Assembly (NCBI GenBank): GCA_963789465.1
Contig: CAWBLL010000019.1
Location: 923,060 to 987,059, forward strand
Direction: 5' to 3'
DNA: 64,000 bases
Source of the DNA: an uncultured Bacteroidales bacterium
GTDB taxonomy: Bacteria > Bacteroidota > Bacteroidia > Bacteroidales > VadinHA17
A program made the position numbers and the translations under genes. Position 1 is the stretch's first letter, and the number at the start of each line of letters is the position of its first letter. Shown piece by piece: positions 20,325-30,065 of this stretch. Below the pieces are notes generated by a model that did no database searches, was not told the DNA's origin, and saw nothing but the letters and a program-made list of their open reading frames with translations.

Positions 20325-20828
20325 ATGAAAGAAATTACAGGTTACACCCCAATGCAAAGATATGTACTGGTTGCATTGCGGTTATTGATCGGCTGGCACA
20401 TACTCTATGAAGGTTTTTCAAAATTACTTATCCCGAACTGGTCATCAGTAGGTTTTTTGAATGAATCACAATGGCTGCTGTCGGGATTTTCCAGGTGGAT
20501 AGTTTCGAGTCCGGGAATACTTCGTACAGTAGATTTTTTAAATACATGGGGCTTAATTGCCATCGGCCTGGGATTGATCCTTGGCCTTTTCACCAAGCCA
20601 GCGGCCATCTCAGGAGCTATCCTTTTATTTATTTACTATTTAAATAATCCCCCGCTTATCGGATTGGAATACTCAGTTCCAACAGAAGGCAGTTATCTGA
20701 TTATCAGCAAGACTCTTATAGAAGCGTGGCCCTGGTGGCACTGGCTGTCTTTCCGTCAGGTTACTTTGCAGGCCTTGATATGCTGGTTCAACGATACAGA
20801 AATCGAAAAAATTAATTTGGAGGTTTAA
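20325..20828 (+). CDS. DoxX family membrane protein, probable frameshift near the 3' end
   Basis: DoxX-like N-terminus (RLLIGWHILYEGFSKLL). After ...KTLIEA (about 20724) the annotated frame becomes non-membrane-like. The alternative frame reads VALVALAVFPSGYFAGLDMLVQRYRNRKN and stops at 20815. Confidence 0.75.
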   Translation: MKEITGYTPMQRYVLVALRLLIGWHILYEGFSKLLIPNWSSVGFLNESQWLLSGFSRWIVSSPGILRTVDFLNTWGLIAIGLGLILGLFTKPAAISGAILLFIYYLNNPPLIGLEYSVPTEGSYLIISKTLIEAWPWWHWLSFRQVTLQALICWFNDTEIEKINLEV

Positions 20829-20832
20829 AATT

Positions 20833-22422
20833 ATGGAAAAAGATAAGATGACGAATTCTGATAATAAGAATGAAACGACACCACAGTCGGGAATCAAAAG
20901 AAGGACATTGTTGAAAGCGCTTGCCGGAATTCCTGTACTAGGGGTGTTCGGATTTGAGTTATTCAGGAAATGGACATATGATCAGGAAAAGAGGAACCGG
21001 GTAGTCAAGGAGCTGGGACTGGATAATCTCCAGGTTCCAACCATTATCAAAAGTTCATCGGCCAAGTCAGATCTTCTGAGAATAGGCTTGATCGGTTTTG
21101 GAAACAGGGCAGTATCACATGCCAACGGATTAGGTTATATGCACCCTGATGATGTGGAGTCAAGAAAGAAAGATGGCAGTTTGAAAGAGTGGCTTGCCCA
21201 GGACGATCTCAATGTGGCAATAACAGGGATCTGTGATGTATTTGACCTGCATGCCGAAAATGGTCTTGCAACTGCGCGCAATGAATTCAGGGCAGGAGGG
21301 GCTACCCCTTCAAAACTGCCTGTTAAACGATACAATACATATCAGGAAATGCTTGATGATAAGGATATTGATGCTATTATGATTGCAACTCCCGATCATC
21401 ATCATGCTCCGATTTCAGCAGCAGCTGCAAGAGCCGGTAAACATATATATTGCGAAAAATCACCTGCTCATTCTGAAGCACAGCTTTATGATATGTATGA
21501 TGCCGTAAAAGGCAGCAAGGTCGTTTATCAGCTTGGTCATCAGATAACGGAAAGCGTAATTTTTCAGCAGGCACAGGATATCATCAGCAAGGATATTCTC
21601 GGAAAAATTACCCTGGTTGAAACCACTACCAACCGTAACACAGCAGATGGCGCATGGATAAGGGATCTGGATAAGAATGGCAAACCAAAACCGGGCGATG
21701 AAAGATCTATTGACTGGGCCCAATGGCTCGGCTCTGCCCCAAAAGTTCCATTCAGCACAGACCGTTATTATAACTGGACAAAATTCTTTGACTATGATAT
21801 AGGTCTCATAGGGCAGTTGTTTACTCACGAATTTGATTCTGTAAACCAGCTTCTGAGAATAGGTATCCCTCATGCGGTTGTCTCCTCCGGAGGGATTTAC
21901 TACTGGAAGGATAACCGTGATATGCCTGATGTGCTTAACTGTGCATTTGAATATCCTGATCATGATATGACACTTCTCTACAGCGCCACTCTGGGAAACA
22001 GCCGGAACCGCGGTCGGGTCTTTATGGGGCATGATGCTTCAATGGAGATAGGAAGTGCAATAAGTATAACGGCTGACAGCGATTCAACCCGTTATGCAAA
22101 ACAGATTGAATCAGGACTTATTGATCCTACGGTGCCAATGGTTTCATTCAATCCAAACAAAGGAAGCATTGATGCGGTAACTTCAGCAACAGAAAAATAC
22201 TATGCCGCAAGAGGTCTCACGACAACTACAATAAATGGAGTACAGGTTGACGTTACCTATCTGCATATAAAAAACTGGATCGATTGCATTCGCAACGGGA
22301 AAACACCGAAAGCTGATATTGAAAAGGCTTTCGAAGAGGGTGTCGCCTGTCTGATGGCCCATCTGGCATACGTCGAGAAACGCCGTACGGTATGGGATCC
22401 GGTTAACAGAAAAATTGTGTGA
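20833..22422 (+). CDS. Tat-exported Gfo/Idh/MocA family oxidoreductase (GH109-like architecture)
   Basis: 529 aa. The Tat leader is KRRTLLKALAGIPVLG, the Rossmann segment is LRIGLIGFGNRA and an EKP-type motif (IYCEKSP) follows. Confidence 0.85.
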   Translation: MEKDKMTNSDNKNETTPQSGIKRRTLLKALAGIPVLGVFGFELFRKWTYDQEKRNRVVKELGLDNLQVPTIIKSSSAKSDLLRIGLIGFGNRAVSHANGLGYMHPDDVESRKKDGSLKEWLAQDDLNVAITGICDVFDLHAENGLATARNEFRAGGATPSKLPVKRYNTYQEMLDDKDIDAIMIATPDHHHAPISAAAARAGKHIYCEKSPAHSEAQLYDMYDAVKGSKVVYQLGHQITESVIFQQAQDIISKDILGKITLVETTTNRNTADGAWIRDLDKNGKPKPGDERSIDWAQWLGSAPKVPFSTDRYYNWTKFFDYDIGLIGQLFTHEFDSVNQLLRIGIPHAVVSSGGIYYWKDNRDMPDVLNCAFEYPDHDMTLLYSATLGNSRNRGRVFMGHDASMEIGSAISITADSDSTRYAKQIESGLIDPTVPMVSFNPNKGSIDAVTSATEKYYAARGLTTTTINGVQVDVTYLHIKNWIDCIRNGKTPKADIEKAFEEGVACLMAHLAYVEKRRTVWDPVNRKIV

Positions 22423-22468
22423 CACAGAGTAAAAAGATAATTAGAAAGAAACATTTCTTTGCCGGATC

Positions 22469-23413
22469 ATGATGAAGTATTTTATCCTGGTACTTACAGT
22501 GCCATTGCTTTTCCTTTTATTCTGCTGCTCAACGGATGCTAAACACAGCTCTCCTTTTAAAATTACGGAGAACGATCAGAAAATTGAGCTGAAGGAAGAT
22601 ACCACTGCTGTTTTTGTATATCAGAAGATGCCCAAATCACTTACAGGGGAATACGTTTGCAATAATTATATTCACCCTCTGTATAACCTGAACGGGGAAA
22701 TACTTACTGAAGAATTCCCTGCCGACCATCCATACCACCGTGGAGTATTCTGGGCATGGCATCAGCTGTATGTTGACGGTAAGAGGATGGGAGACGGCTG
22801 GACCAACGACAGCATAACACAGGATGTAGTCGACGTAAGGAGCGCCTGTCTGGACGACAGGGCTGAATTTAATATTCATGTTCTCTGGCGGTCACTGGTC
22901 TATGGGAAGGGAAAGCCCTTCATGAATGAGCAGTCAACTATCACAGTTCATAAAATAGACTCGGGTATCCGTAAAATAGATTTTGTCATAAGATTAACCG
23001 CCACGGAACCGGGCCTTCAGATTGGAGGGTCTGACGATCAGAAAGGTTACGGAGGTTTTTGTATCAGACTGAGGCTTCCTGATGACATGGTATTTACTTC
23101 TGAAAATGGTCCAGTTACACCTCAGGAGCTACAGATAAAAGCCGGACCCTGGATGGATTTTTCAGCCAGGTTTGATATAACTTCTATGGTAAGCGGAGTG
23201 ACAATTCTATCTCATCCTTCAATGCCGGACTATCCTGAACCATGGATCCTGAGGCAGAAAGGCAGCATGCAGAATGTTGTATTTCCGGGACGTAAAAGGA
23301 TAGATGTCGGCATGAACAAACCTGTCGTACTGCGATACCGCCTGATCATTCACAATGGGAATGCAGCCAGCATTAATATTCCACGGTTGCTGGATGAATA
23401 CGCAAAAAATTAA
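22469..23413 (+). CDS. PmoA-family / DUF6807-like lipoprotein
   Basis: 314 aa with signal plus Cys (LFLLFCCS). The HPYHRGVFWAWHQL context is typical of the PmoA-like family that accompanies Tat Gfo/Idh/MocA enzymes. Confidence 0.65.
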   Translation: MMKYFILVLTVPLLFLLFCCSTDAKHSSPFKITENDQKIELKEDTTAVFVYQKMPKSLTGEYVCNNYIHPLYNLNGEILTEEFPADHPYHRGVFWAWHQLYVDGKRMGDGWTNDSITQDVVDVRSACLDDRAEFNIHVLWRSLVYGKGKPFMNEQSTITVHKIDSGIRKIDFVIRLTATEPGLQIGGSDDQKGYGGFCIRLRLPDDMVFTSENGPVTPQELQIKAGPWMDFSARFDITSMVSGVTILSHPSMPDYPEPWILRQKGSMQNVVFPGRKRIDVGMNKPVVLRYRLIIHNGNAASINIPRLLDEYAKN

Positions 23414-23437
23414 AAGTCAATTTGCCTCTAGTAACTG

Positions 23438-24304
23438 TTATCCGAATTCGGGTCCGCTTATCAGATACTGATTTTCTGTGATACCGGGGGACGCATTGCT
23501 TTTCAGGTACATCCTGAGGAAGTTCCGCTGTATGACAAATCCTTTCGATTCGAGCCAGGTTATCATCTTCTTCCTGTCCTCTGGAATGTCGAGGGCAACA
23601 GGTTGATCATTCAGTGATTCAAGGACTTTGGATAAAAGCGCTTCGGCAGCATCGTGAGACGTGGCTACGAGGGGCCCGACATAGTTAAACCGGGAACCGT
23701 CCCTGCCTAAAATGTAACCCTTTATATTTTTTTCCTCTTCCATATAGTATGCCTTTCCGGGGTAGTAATCCAAAAGAGTTTCTAACAGATAACTCCTGTC
23801 GGATCCAAACATGATCTTGTCGTGTTCCAGAATATCAGGCAGATTCTTCCTGGTTAATGCTGACATTCGCGTGTCTGGAAGCCTGTCCTCCCTGAAATCA
23901 AGCCTTTCACAGGTCATTCTGATAATTTTGTATTCCCCCGTGAATCCCAGATTTGTATATAGCGGCTCACCTGCCGGAGTCGCGTCAAGTTTCACGGATT
24001 CAATATGGTTTAGCCTTCCGAGGATATATTCAAGCAGCATTTTGCCAGCGCCCTGACCTCTTAATTGCTTGCTGACAAGAACCATTCCTACCCAGGCAAC
24101 TTTATTTGCATAGTTAATTGCTGTTGCGCTGCCTGCCACATTACCTTCCCTTTCAGCGACGATACATACATTATCCGGGTTGTCGAGCAGTAATTGCCAA
24201 TCCTTCAGGGTCTGGTTCCACCCTTCACCCAGGGACAGCCCGAATGCCTGGGGCAGGTCTTCCTGTCTCATGGCCCTGACAATAAAGCCTGCTTTTGCCT
24301 GCAT
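23438..24304 (-). CDS. GNAT family N-acetyltransferase (two-lobed)
   Basis: 288 aa with acetyl-CoA motif A (QLRGQGAGKMLLEY) and a C-terminal extension. Confidence 0.85.
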   Translation of the reverse strand: MQAKAGFIVRAMRQEDLPQAFGLSLGEGWNQTLKDWQLLLDNPDNVCIVAEREGNVAGSATAINYANKVAWVGMVLVSKQLRGQGAGKMLLEYILGRLNHIESVKLDATPAGEPLYTNLGFTGEYKIIRMTCERLDFREDRLPDTRMSALTRKNLPDILEHDKIMFGSDRSYLLETLLDYYPGKAYYMEEEKNIKGYILGRDGSRFNYVGPLVATSHDAAEALLSKVLESLNDQPVALDIPEDRKKMITWLESKGFVIQRNFLRMYLKSNASPGITENQYLISGPEFG

Positions 24305-24324
24305 AATAAGATTTTGTCAATGAT

Positions 24325-25395
24325 TTATGAGGACAGCCATTTATCCAGGTTTTCAGCTATAAAAGCATCATCATTAAGATCGGGATAAGCCGAGTACACT
24401 CTGTCTATTTCTGCCAGCTGCCCTGGTGAAAGGACCTCTGCAGGATCAAGTGTCCATAACCCTTCCAGTAATCCCTGTCTACGGAGGACCTCATGAAGCC
24501 CGACTATGCATCCTGCAAAATTATTTGCCGAATCAAAAAAGGCGGCATTGCTGTCAGTGATCCGGTTGGAGAGGGCCAAGGTCTGCTGGATATCACAATC
24601 GAATTTTCCGTCATGTACATCCTTGAGAAGGCTGACGGCTGAATGGGTCCATACAGCCCAGTGCCCAAGCAATCCGCCGGCTATGTTCTTGTGAATGATC
24701 TGATTTCCGTCTGACAGCCGGTACTCTGTCAGGAGGTCGACCAGTATGTTATCATCATTTCCCGTATATAATGCTATCTGGTCTGCCCGACCGGACTCTA
24801 CAACCCCTCGTACAACATCGAGTGTCTGATAACGGTTAAAGGGGGCAATTTTAATTGCTATAACATTATCTATGCCGGCAAATTCACGCCAGAAATTTAC
24901 ATCAAGTTTCCTTCCTCCCACAGCCGGCTGAAGATAAAAGCCGATAACAGGAATGACTCCGGCAATTTCCCTGCAATGTTCTATTATGGCGGCATTTGAA
25001 GAATCCTTAAATGCAGCCAGGCTTAAAAGAACGGCATGATATCCATTCCGGACGGCAATAGCCGCCTCTTTCATGGCCTGCTCTGTATGGCCGATGACAC
25101 CTGCAATACGGATAACCGGTTTTTTCGTACTTCTGGTATATCTGGAAAACTCTTCACTGGCAAGTTCCAGCAGGGGTTCGTATAATCCCACTTCCGGTTT
25201 CCTGATGGCGAACTGTGTTGTATGAACAGCAACAGCCACCCCTCCGGCTCCTGAATCAAGGTAATATCGGAGCAAGGCCCGCTGACGCCTGATATCCAGT
25301 TTGCGTTTATTGTTCAATGCCAGGGGCAGGGCAGGAATGACAGTTCCCTTTATTAAAAGATTAAGAACATCTTCAGGTATTTCATTGTAGTCCAT
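24325..25395 (-). CDS. Dihydrodipicolinate-synthase-like (class I aldolase superfamily) protein, atypical long form
   Basis: 356 aa with the N-terminal region IPALPLALNNKRKLDIRRQRALLRYYLDSGAGGVAVAVHTTQFAIR. I recognise this as a DapA-like, non-canonical subgroup. The function is unknown. Confidence 0.6.
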   Translation of the reverse strand: MDYNEIPEDVLNLLIKGTVIPALPLALNNKRKLDIRRQRALLRYYLDSGAGGVAVAVHTTQFAIRKPEVGLYEPLLELASEEFSRYTRSTKKPVIRIAGVIGHTEQAMKEAAIAVRNGYHAVLLSLAAFKDSSNAAIIEHCREIAGVIPVIGFYLQPAVGGRKLDVNFWREFAGIDNVIAIKIAPFNRYQTLDVVRGVVESGRADQIALYTGNDDNILVDLLTEYRLSDGNQIIHKNIAGGLLGHWAVWTHSAVSLLKDVHDGKFDCDIQQTLALSNRITDSNAAFFDSANNFAGCIVGLHEVLRRQGLLEGLWTLDPAEVLSPGQLAEIDRVYSAYPDLNDDAFIAENLDKWLSS

Positions 25396-25411
25396 AACTA
25401 ATTACTTAATG

Positions 25412-26464
25412 TTAATATTTACCGTCCCTGACTTCAAAATGGGTCGGTTTGCCGAGTAATACCCTTTCATCACTGATCCAGTGAGCAATCCATTTAATAA
25501 CCTGGCTGACAGGCGTTTTAGGTTTTCCGAATAATTCAAAGGCCCTGGATGCATTGTTCAGAAGGGCCGTAGGAGCCTCGCTGTTTTCAAAAGCAGGTGT
25601 TACCCCGAACAACTTTCCGAATTCAAGTGCTACTTCCCTGACTGAAAGTATTTCCGGACCTGTAATGTTAAGAACGGCTGCGGGGCTCTTTGCCTGTTCA
25701 ATCGAACGGAGCACGAAATCATTCATGTCTCCCTGCCATATGACATTGAAATGTCCCATGGTCAGATCGACAGGTTGATTATTTTTAACTTTAACTGCTA
25801 TATCGACAAGGACTCCATATCTCATCTCCACGGAATAATTCAGTCTGATAAGAGCAACCTCGGTTTTGTTCCTCGCACTTCCGAACTCAAACATCCGTTC
25901 CCGTCCAAGACAGGATTGAGCATATTCGCCGATAGCAACAGGCAGATCCGTTTCCGAGGAGCCTCCTGATTCGACAGGGACAAGCGGATAAACGCAGCCG
26001 GTAGAGAAGGCAACTATCCTTGATTGTCTGAAATGGTCGGCAATTATTGCCGGGAGATAGGTATTAATCGCCCAGGTGAGGGCAAGGTTCTCGACCGATC
26101 CGAACTTCATGCCTGCCAGATAAAAAACGTTTCTGACTGCTGGCAGGGCATCGGTAAACTTTGTATTCAGCAGGTCCCCGCTGATTGTTTCAATCCCAAT
26201 TCTGCCGATCTTTTTCTGATCCTCCTTGTTCTCAAAGTTGGAGACCCCGATAATCCTTTTCTTAATTCCTGCCTCATCACAGGCACGTTTTGCCATTCTG
26301 GCCAGGGATGGTCCTATTTTGCCTGCAACTCCCAGAAACATAATATCGCCATCGAGCCTGGAAAACATTTCAATGAGCTCAGGTCCCGGCCGTGATATTA
26401 TCTCCTCAAGCTGCTCGTCATTTTTAATTTTATCCGGATAATTATCCATAATCAATTCCTCCAT
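25412..26464 (-). CDS. NAD-dependent epimerase/dehydratase family protein
   Basis: 350 aa with the Rossmann segment FLGVAGKIGPSLA. Its start overlaps the M20 stop by 13 nt; an alternative ATG at 26449 gives a 2-nt gap. Confidence 0.8.
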   Translation of the reverse strand: MEELIMDNYPDKIKNDEQLEEIISRPGPELIEMFSRLDGDIMFLGVAGKIGPSLARMAKRACDEAGIKKRIIGVSNFENKEDQKKIGRIGIETISGDLLNTKFTDALPAVRNVFYLAGMKFGSVENLALTWAINTYLPAIIADHFRQSRIVAFSTGCVYPLVPVESGGSSETDLPVAIGEYAQSCLGRERMFEFGSARNKTEVALIRLNYSVEMRYGVLVDIAVKVKNNQPVDLTMGHFNVIWQGDMNDFVLRSIEQAKSPAAVLNITGPEILSVREVALEFGKLFGVTPAFENSEAPTALLNNASRAFELFGKPKTPVSQVIKWIAHWISDERVLLGKPTHFEVRDGKY

Positions 26465-27567
26465 TTTGTAATTATTTTGTAATAAATTTCAACTGCTTCC
26501 TCTAGTTTGCTTACATAGCAAAATTCGTCTGTCTGATGTGCCATTTCCTGTTGCCCTGGCCCCAGGATAATTGCAGGAACTCCTCCATACAATCTTTGCA
26601 ATACCGATCCATCGGTAAGGTAGGGCATTGTCCTGGGAAGGGAATTGGTAATCCTGTCGATACCGCAGGTCTCGTATACCAGCTGAACAAAGGGATCATT
26701 TTCATCTGTAAAAACAGGCCCCATGTCCACAAGGACCTCAAGAGCAGTCTCCGGTCCTAATTCAAAGGCCAGTCTTGAAAGGATCTCCTGGTGGTCAACC
26801 CTGGAGGTTGATCTTATATCAATTGTAAACTCTGCATGGTCAGGTACGGAGTTTATGTTCATCCCGCCGCTCATTCTTCCTACATTGATTGTCGGCAAGC
26901 CGAGCAATGGATCGCTTTCCGTCTTAAAATCAAAATCCCTGGCCTTAATAATTGCCATTGCCGCTTTATAGATAGCATTGTCACCCAGGTGTGGCATTGA
27001 TGAATGGGCCGATATTCCCTTTGTTTCTGCATTAAGATATAATGCTCCCTTGTGCCCTGTATAAGGATGATTTGAAGTAGGTTCACCGACTATTATGGCA
27101 CGGGCTTTTCCCGGACTGCTTAGTTCTTCTGACAACTGCAGGATGCCTGTGCATCCCAGTTCTTCAGCAGCAGTGAATATCAGCCTGATGCCTCCGTCGG
27201 GTGAAGATTCCTCAAATGCTCTTAATGATGCCATGATCATCGCCGCAAGACCACATTTCATGTCGCTGGAACCACGTCCATATATTTTTCCATCCTGAAC
27301 ATCGCCACTGAACGGATCAAAGCTCCATGGTTTATTACCCAGCGGCACTGTATCAAAATGGCCCGAAAAGACAATAGGGGCCTTGCTGTCTGATAGTCCC
27401 CGTTCTGCAATTAAATGCAGACGCCCATATCCAAAGGGGTGATATTCCACATGGAAACCATTCTCCGAAAGAATATTTCCGGTAAACAGTGCTATTTCCT
27501 CCTCATTTCCCGGTGGATTGATATTATTGAATGATAGCAGGGCTCTTGTTAATGATATGACATCCAT
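26452..27567 (-). CDS. M20 family metallohydrolase (ArgE/DapE-like deacylase)
   Basis: 371 aa with the motifs FSGHFDTVP, GRGSSDMKCGLAAM, TAAEELG and GEPT. Confidence 0.85.
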   Translation of the reverse strand: MDVISLTRALLSFNNINPPGNEEEIALFTGNILSENGFHVEYHPFGYGRLHLIAERGLSDSKAPIVFSGHFDTVPLGNKPWSFDPFSGDVQDGKIYGRGSSDMKCGLAAMIMASLRAFEESSPDGGIRLIFTAAEELGCTGILQLSEELSSPGKARAIIVGEPTSNHPYTGHKGALYLNAETKGISAHSSMPHLGDNAIYKAAMAIIKARDFDFKTESDPLLGLPTINVGRMSGGMNINSVPDHAEFTIDIRSTSRVDHQEILSRLAFELGPETALEVLVDMGPVFTDENDPFVQLVYETCGIDRITNSLPRTMPYLTDGSVLQRLYGGVPAIILGPGQQEMAHQTDEFCYVSKLEEAVEIYYKIITKWRN

Positions 27568-27798
27568 ATAAATAAAATTTGACGCAGTAAGACCTGATTT
27601 CCTTCCGGCAATGATTGCATTAAATTATTATTCCAAAGATAATAGTCTTTACGAACTTTGCGTAAAATCAAACATACAGAAAGAATATTTTGATCAGTTG
27701 CAATGGATAAAACAGTCGGTCGCTCAGGCTGGTTTCATAGCATTTGCAGTTAACCGGAATTTATTATAATTTGCATTGCCTTAATTAAATCCTATAAT

Positions 27799-30039
27799 AT
27801 GAACAGGAGTATTTTTATTTTTTTATCCCGCTTTCTGTTTGCCGGCCTTTTTTTCTGCAGCAGGTATCTTTTTGCCGGTGATGTTACAATAATCGATTCC
27901 AGGCATTACAGTAACGTCTTCGGAGAGATAAGGAATTTCAGGATCTTTCTTCCTCCGGACTATTTCGAAAAGCCTTCGAAAAGTTACCCTGTTATCTATT
28001 TCTACCACGGATGGTCGCAGCGATATTTTGGGAGCGGCCCTGATTCCTATAGCGGTTTCGAAAAAGGAGATGATAACAATGGCGACAATATTGCAAATTT
28101 CGTGGCCGGCCATGATGTCATCGTTGTTAAGCCTGATGGATATAACCGCAGCCCCGGCCAGGAGTATTACCTGCGTCCCTATAACGTATCACCCGTAGAG
28201 ACATTCCGTCAGTTCCCGCTCTATTTTCCCGAACTCGTTTCATTTATTGATGAAAATTACCGGACAATAGCTGACAGGAATCACCGGGCAATTTCCGGTC
28301 TTTCAATGGGTGGATTCATGTCTTTCTGGATTGGCGGAAAATATCCCCAGATGGTATCTGCCATAGGAAGCTTCTGTGGTTCGGCTGAATTTGTCGTTGG
28401 ACCGAAAGATTTCCCTGCAGAATACAGGCATATTGATATGTATAAAAACTACGGCGGGATAAATGTACGCCTTAATTTTGGTAATCAGGATTTTATCAGG
28501 TATTACCACCGTGACCTGAATAAGATCTGGACTCAGGTGATGGATAACTATGAATATAAAGTATATCCCGCAGAGCACTCTACCTGCGGCATGGGAGAGA
28601 TGTTCACATTTCTGATGAAGACCTTTGAAAATCCTCCCGGCAAGCCGGCAAGGTGGAATCATATAGATGTATATCCTGAATTTTCGGTCTGGGACTATGA
28701 GGTCAGCACAGACAGGGATGTCAGCGGATTCACTATACTTGAGAATGTAGACAAAAGGGGATTCAGATGCTCCGTAAGAGACCATCTCCCTGACGGGACA
28801 TTATTGACTTTTGTAAGCCTGATGGTCACCACACCTGCGGTTTATGATAAAAATACCTCCTATCTCATAAACGATACTGACCTGAGAAATCAAAAGTCAA
28901 AAAGCTATGACCTGATAAGCGATGATATGGGGAGACTAAAGATCGGGTTCAATGGCAGTCTGCATGAGATAGGTATAAACAAGTCGGGTGATGGTGCCAA
29001 TATTTCTGTGGCTTCCTTTACTGTTGGCAAGGATAATATTGCATATTCCGGTCAGAATGTATCCATTAAAATAGATCTTTTGAACAAAGGCGGCAATACT
29101 GCCACCGGAATAAAGGCTTCGCTGACCGCAACCCGCAATAGTACCTCAGTAATAAAGGGTGAATCCGCCTATGAGACCATAGAAGCAAATAAGATCTCTG
29201 ACCGGGGAACTCCAATGATATTTCATGTTAACTCCGATACTGTCGAAATTGAAAGATTAAGGCTGACTGTCACCGATAAATTCAGTAATGAATGGGTGGA
29301 ATTTATTGAAATCCCCATATTCAGTAAAGATCTACCGGAATTGAAGGATTTTGAAGTGGCAGACGGGAAAGTTGTTACTGTTGCCAGGGAAGGAATTCAT
29401 GAAGAGACAATAATGCTTGGTAAAGGCAATGGCGATGGGGTGGCAAATCCCGGAGAATCGATTGTAATTCTTGCAAGGGATGAAGGTAAGCTCTGGCGTA
29501 CCAGCCTGACATGTCATAGCAGCTTTGTCAATCCAAACGGAATAAACTTAAGATACTCTGACAACTGGGGCTCCTATGACCATGTCGGAGGATCGGCCAA
29601 ATATTCCGAGCCTCTGATCTCATCAGAATGTCCGGAAAATCAGGAGATCGGTCTTATTGCTGAATACTGGCTTCCGGACTATCCGAATCATATTATTAAA
29701 AGGGGTAAGGTCAACCTGAAAATATCAGGAAAGGACAATACGCCGCCTGATATGCTGTGGGTAAGAGTTACAGGGGACAACGTGGTCCAGGCATGCATTT
29801 CCGACGGTTCATCAATCCGGAATGCAAAAGCCAGGCTTATACCCAAATCGAAGCCTGACAAATATCTGGAATTTGAACTCAGTAATAATGGGCAAACCAG
29901 TCTGACGGAATCTGATGATATCTTCAGCATCCGGGTACCCGAACAGAGATTCGGAATATATACCATTGAGTTAACAGCTACCGATTCGTATGGCAATTCC
30001 ATGGACAAAACAGCGCCGGGAATTTACGTTCTGCACTGA
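27799..30039 (+). CDS. Secreted esterase (putative-esterase/esterase D fold) with a large C-terminal beta-rich extension
   Basis: 746 aa with a signal peptide. The nucleophile elbow is GLSMGGFMSF. About 450 C-terminal residues belong to no family I recognise. Confidence 0.75.
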   Translation: MNRSIFIFLSRFLFAGLFFCSRYLFAGDVTIIDSRHYSNVFGEIRNFRIFLPPDYFEKPSKSYPVIYFYHGWSQRYFGSGPDSYSGFEKGDDNNGDNIANFVAGHDVIVVKPDGYNRSPGQEYYLRPYNVSPVETFRQFPLYFPELVSFIDENYRTIADRNHRAISGLSMGGFMSFWIGGKYPQMVSAIGSFCGSAEFVVGPKDFPAEYRHIDMYKNYGGINVRLNFGNQDFIRYYHRDLNKIWTQVMDNYEYKVYPAEHSTCGMGEMFTFLMKTFENPPGKPARWNHIDVYPEFSVWDYEVSTDRDVSGFTILENVDKRGFRCSVRDHLPDGTLLTFVSLMVTTPAVYDKNTSYLINDTDLRNQKSKSYDLISDDMGRLKIGFNGSLHEIGINKSGDGANISVASFTVGKDNIAYSGQNVSIKIDLLNKGGNTATGIKASLTATRNSTSVIKGESAYETIEANKISDRGTPMIFHVNSDTVEIERLRLTVTDKFSNEWVEFIEIPIFSKDLPELKDFEVADGKVVTVAREGIHEETIMLGKGNGDGVANPGESIVILARDEGKLWRTSLTCHSSFVNPNGINLRYSDNWGSYDHVGGSAKYSEPLISSECPENQEIGLIAEYWLPDYPNHIIKRGKVNLKISGKDNTPPDMLWVRVTGDNVVQACISDGSSIRNAKARLIPKSKPDKYLEFELSNNGQTSLTESDDIFSIRVPEQRFGIYTIELTATDSYGNSMDKTAPGIYVLH

Positions 30040-30065
30040 TTGAAATCTCATATGGTCAATAATCC

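Noticed and set aside
24325-25395. Annotating the two DapA-like genes (24325-25395 and 50572-51480), together with the M20 gene, as lysine-biosynthesis dapA/dapE.
   Set aside because: The context is catabolic (sialidase-like, GNAT, epimerase). One protein is atypically long, and no dapB, dapD or dapF lies nearby. Only family-level calls were kept.
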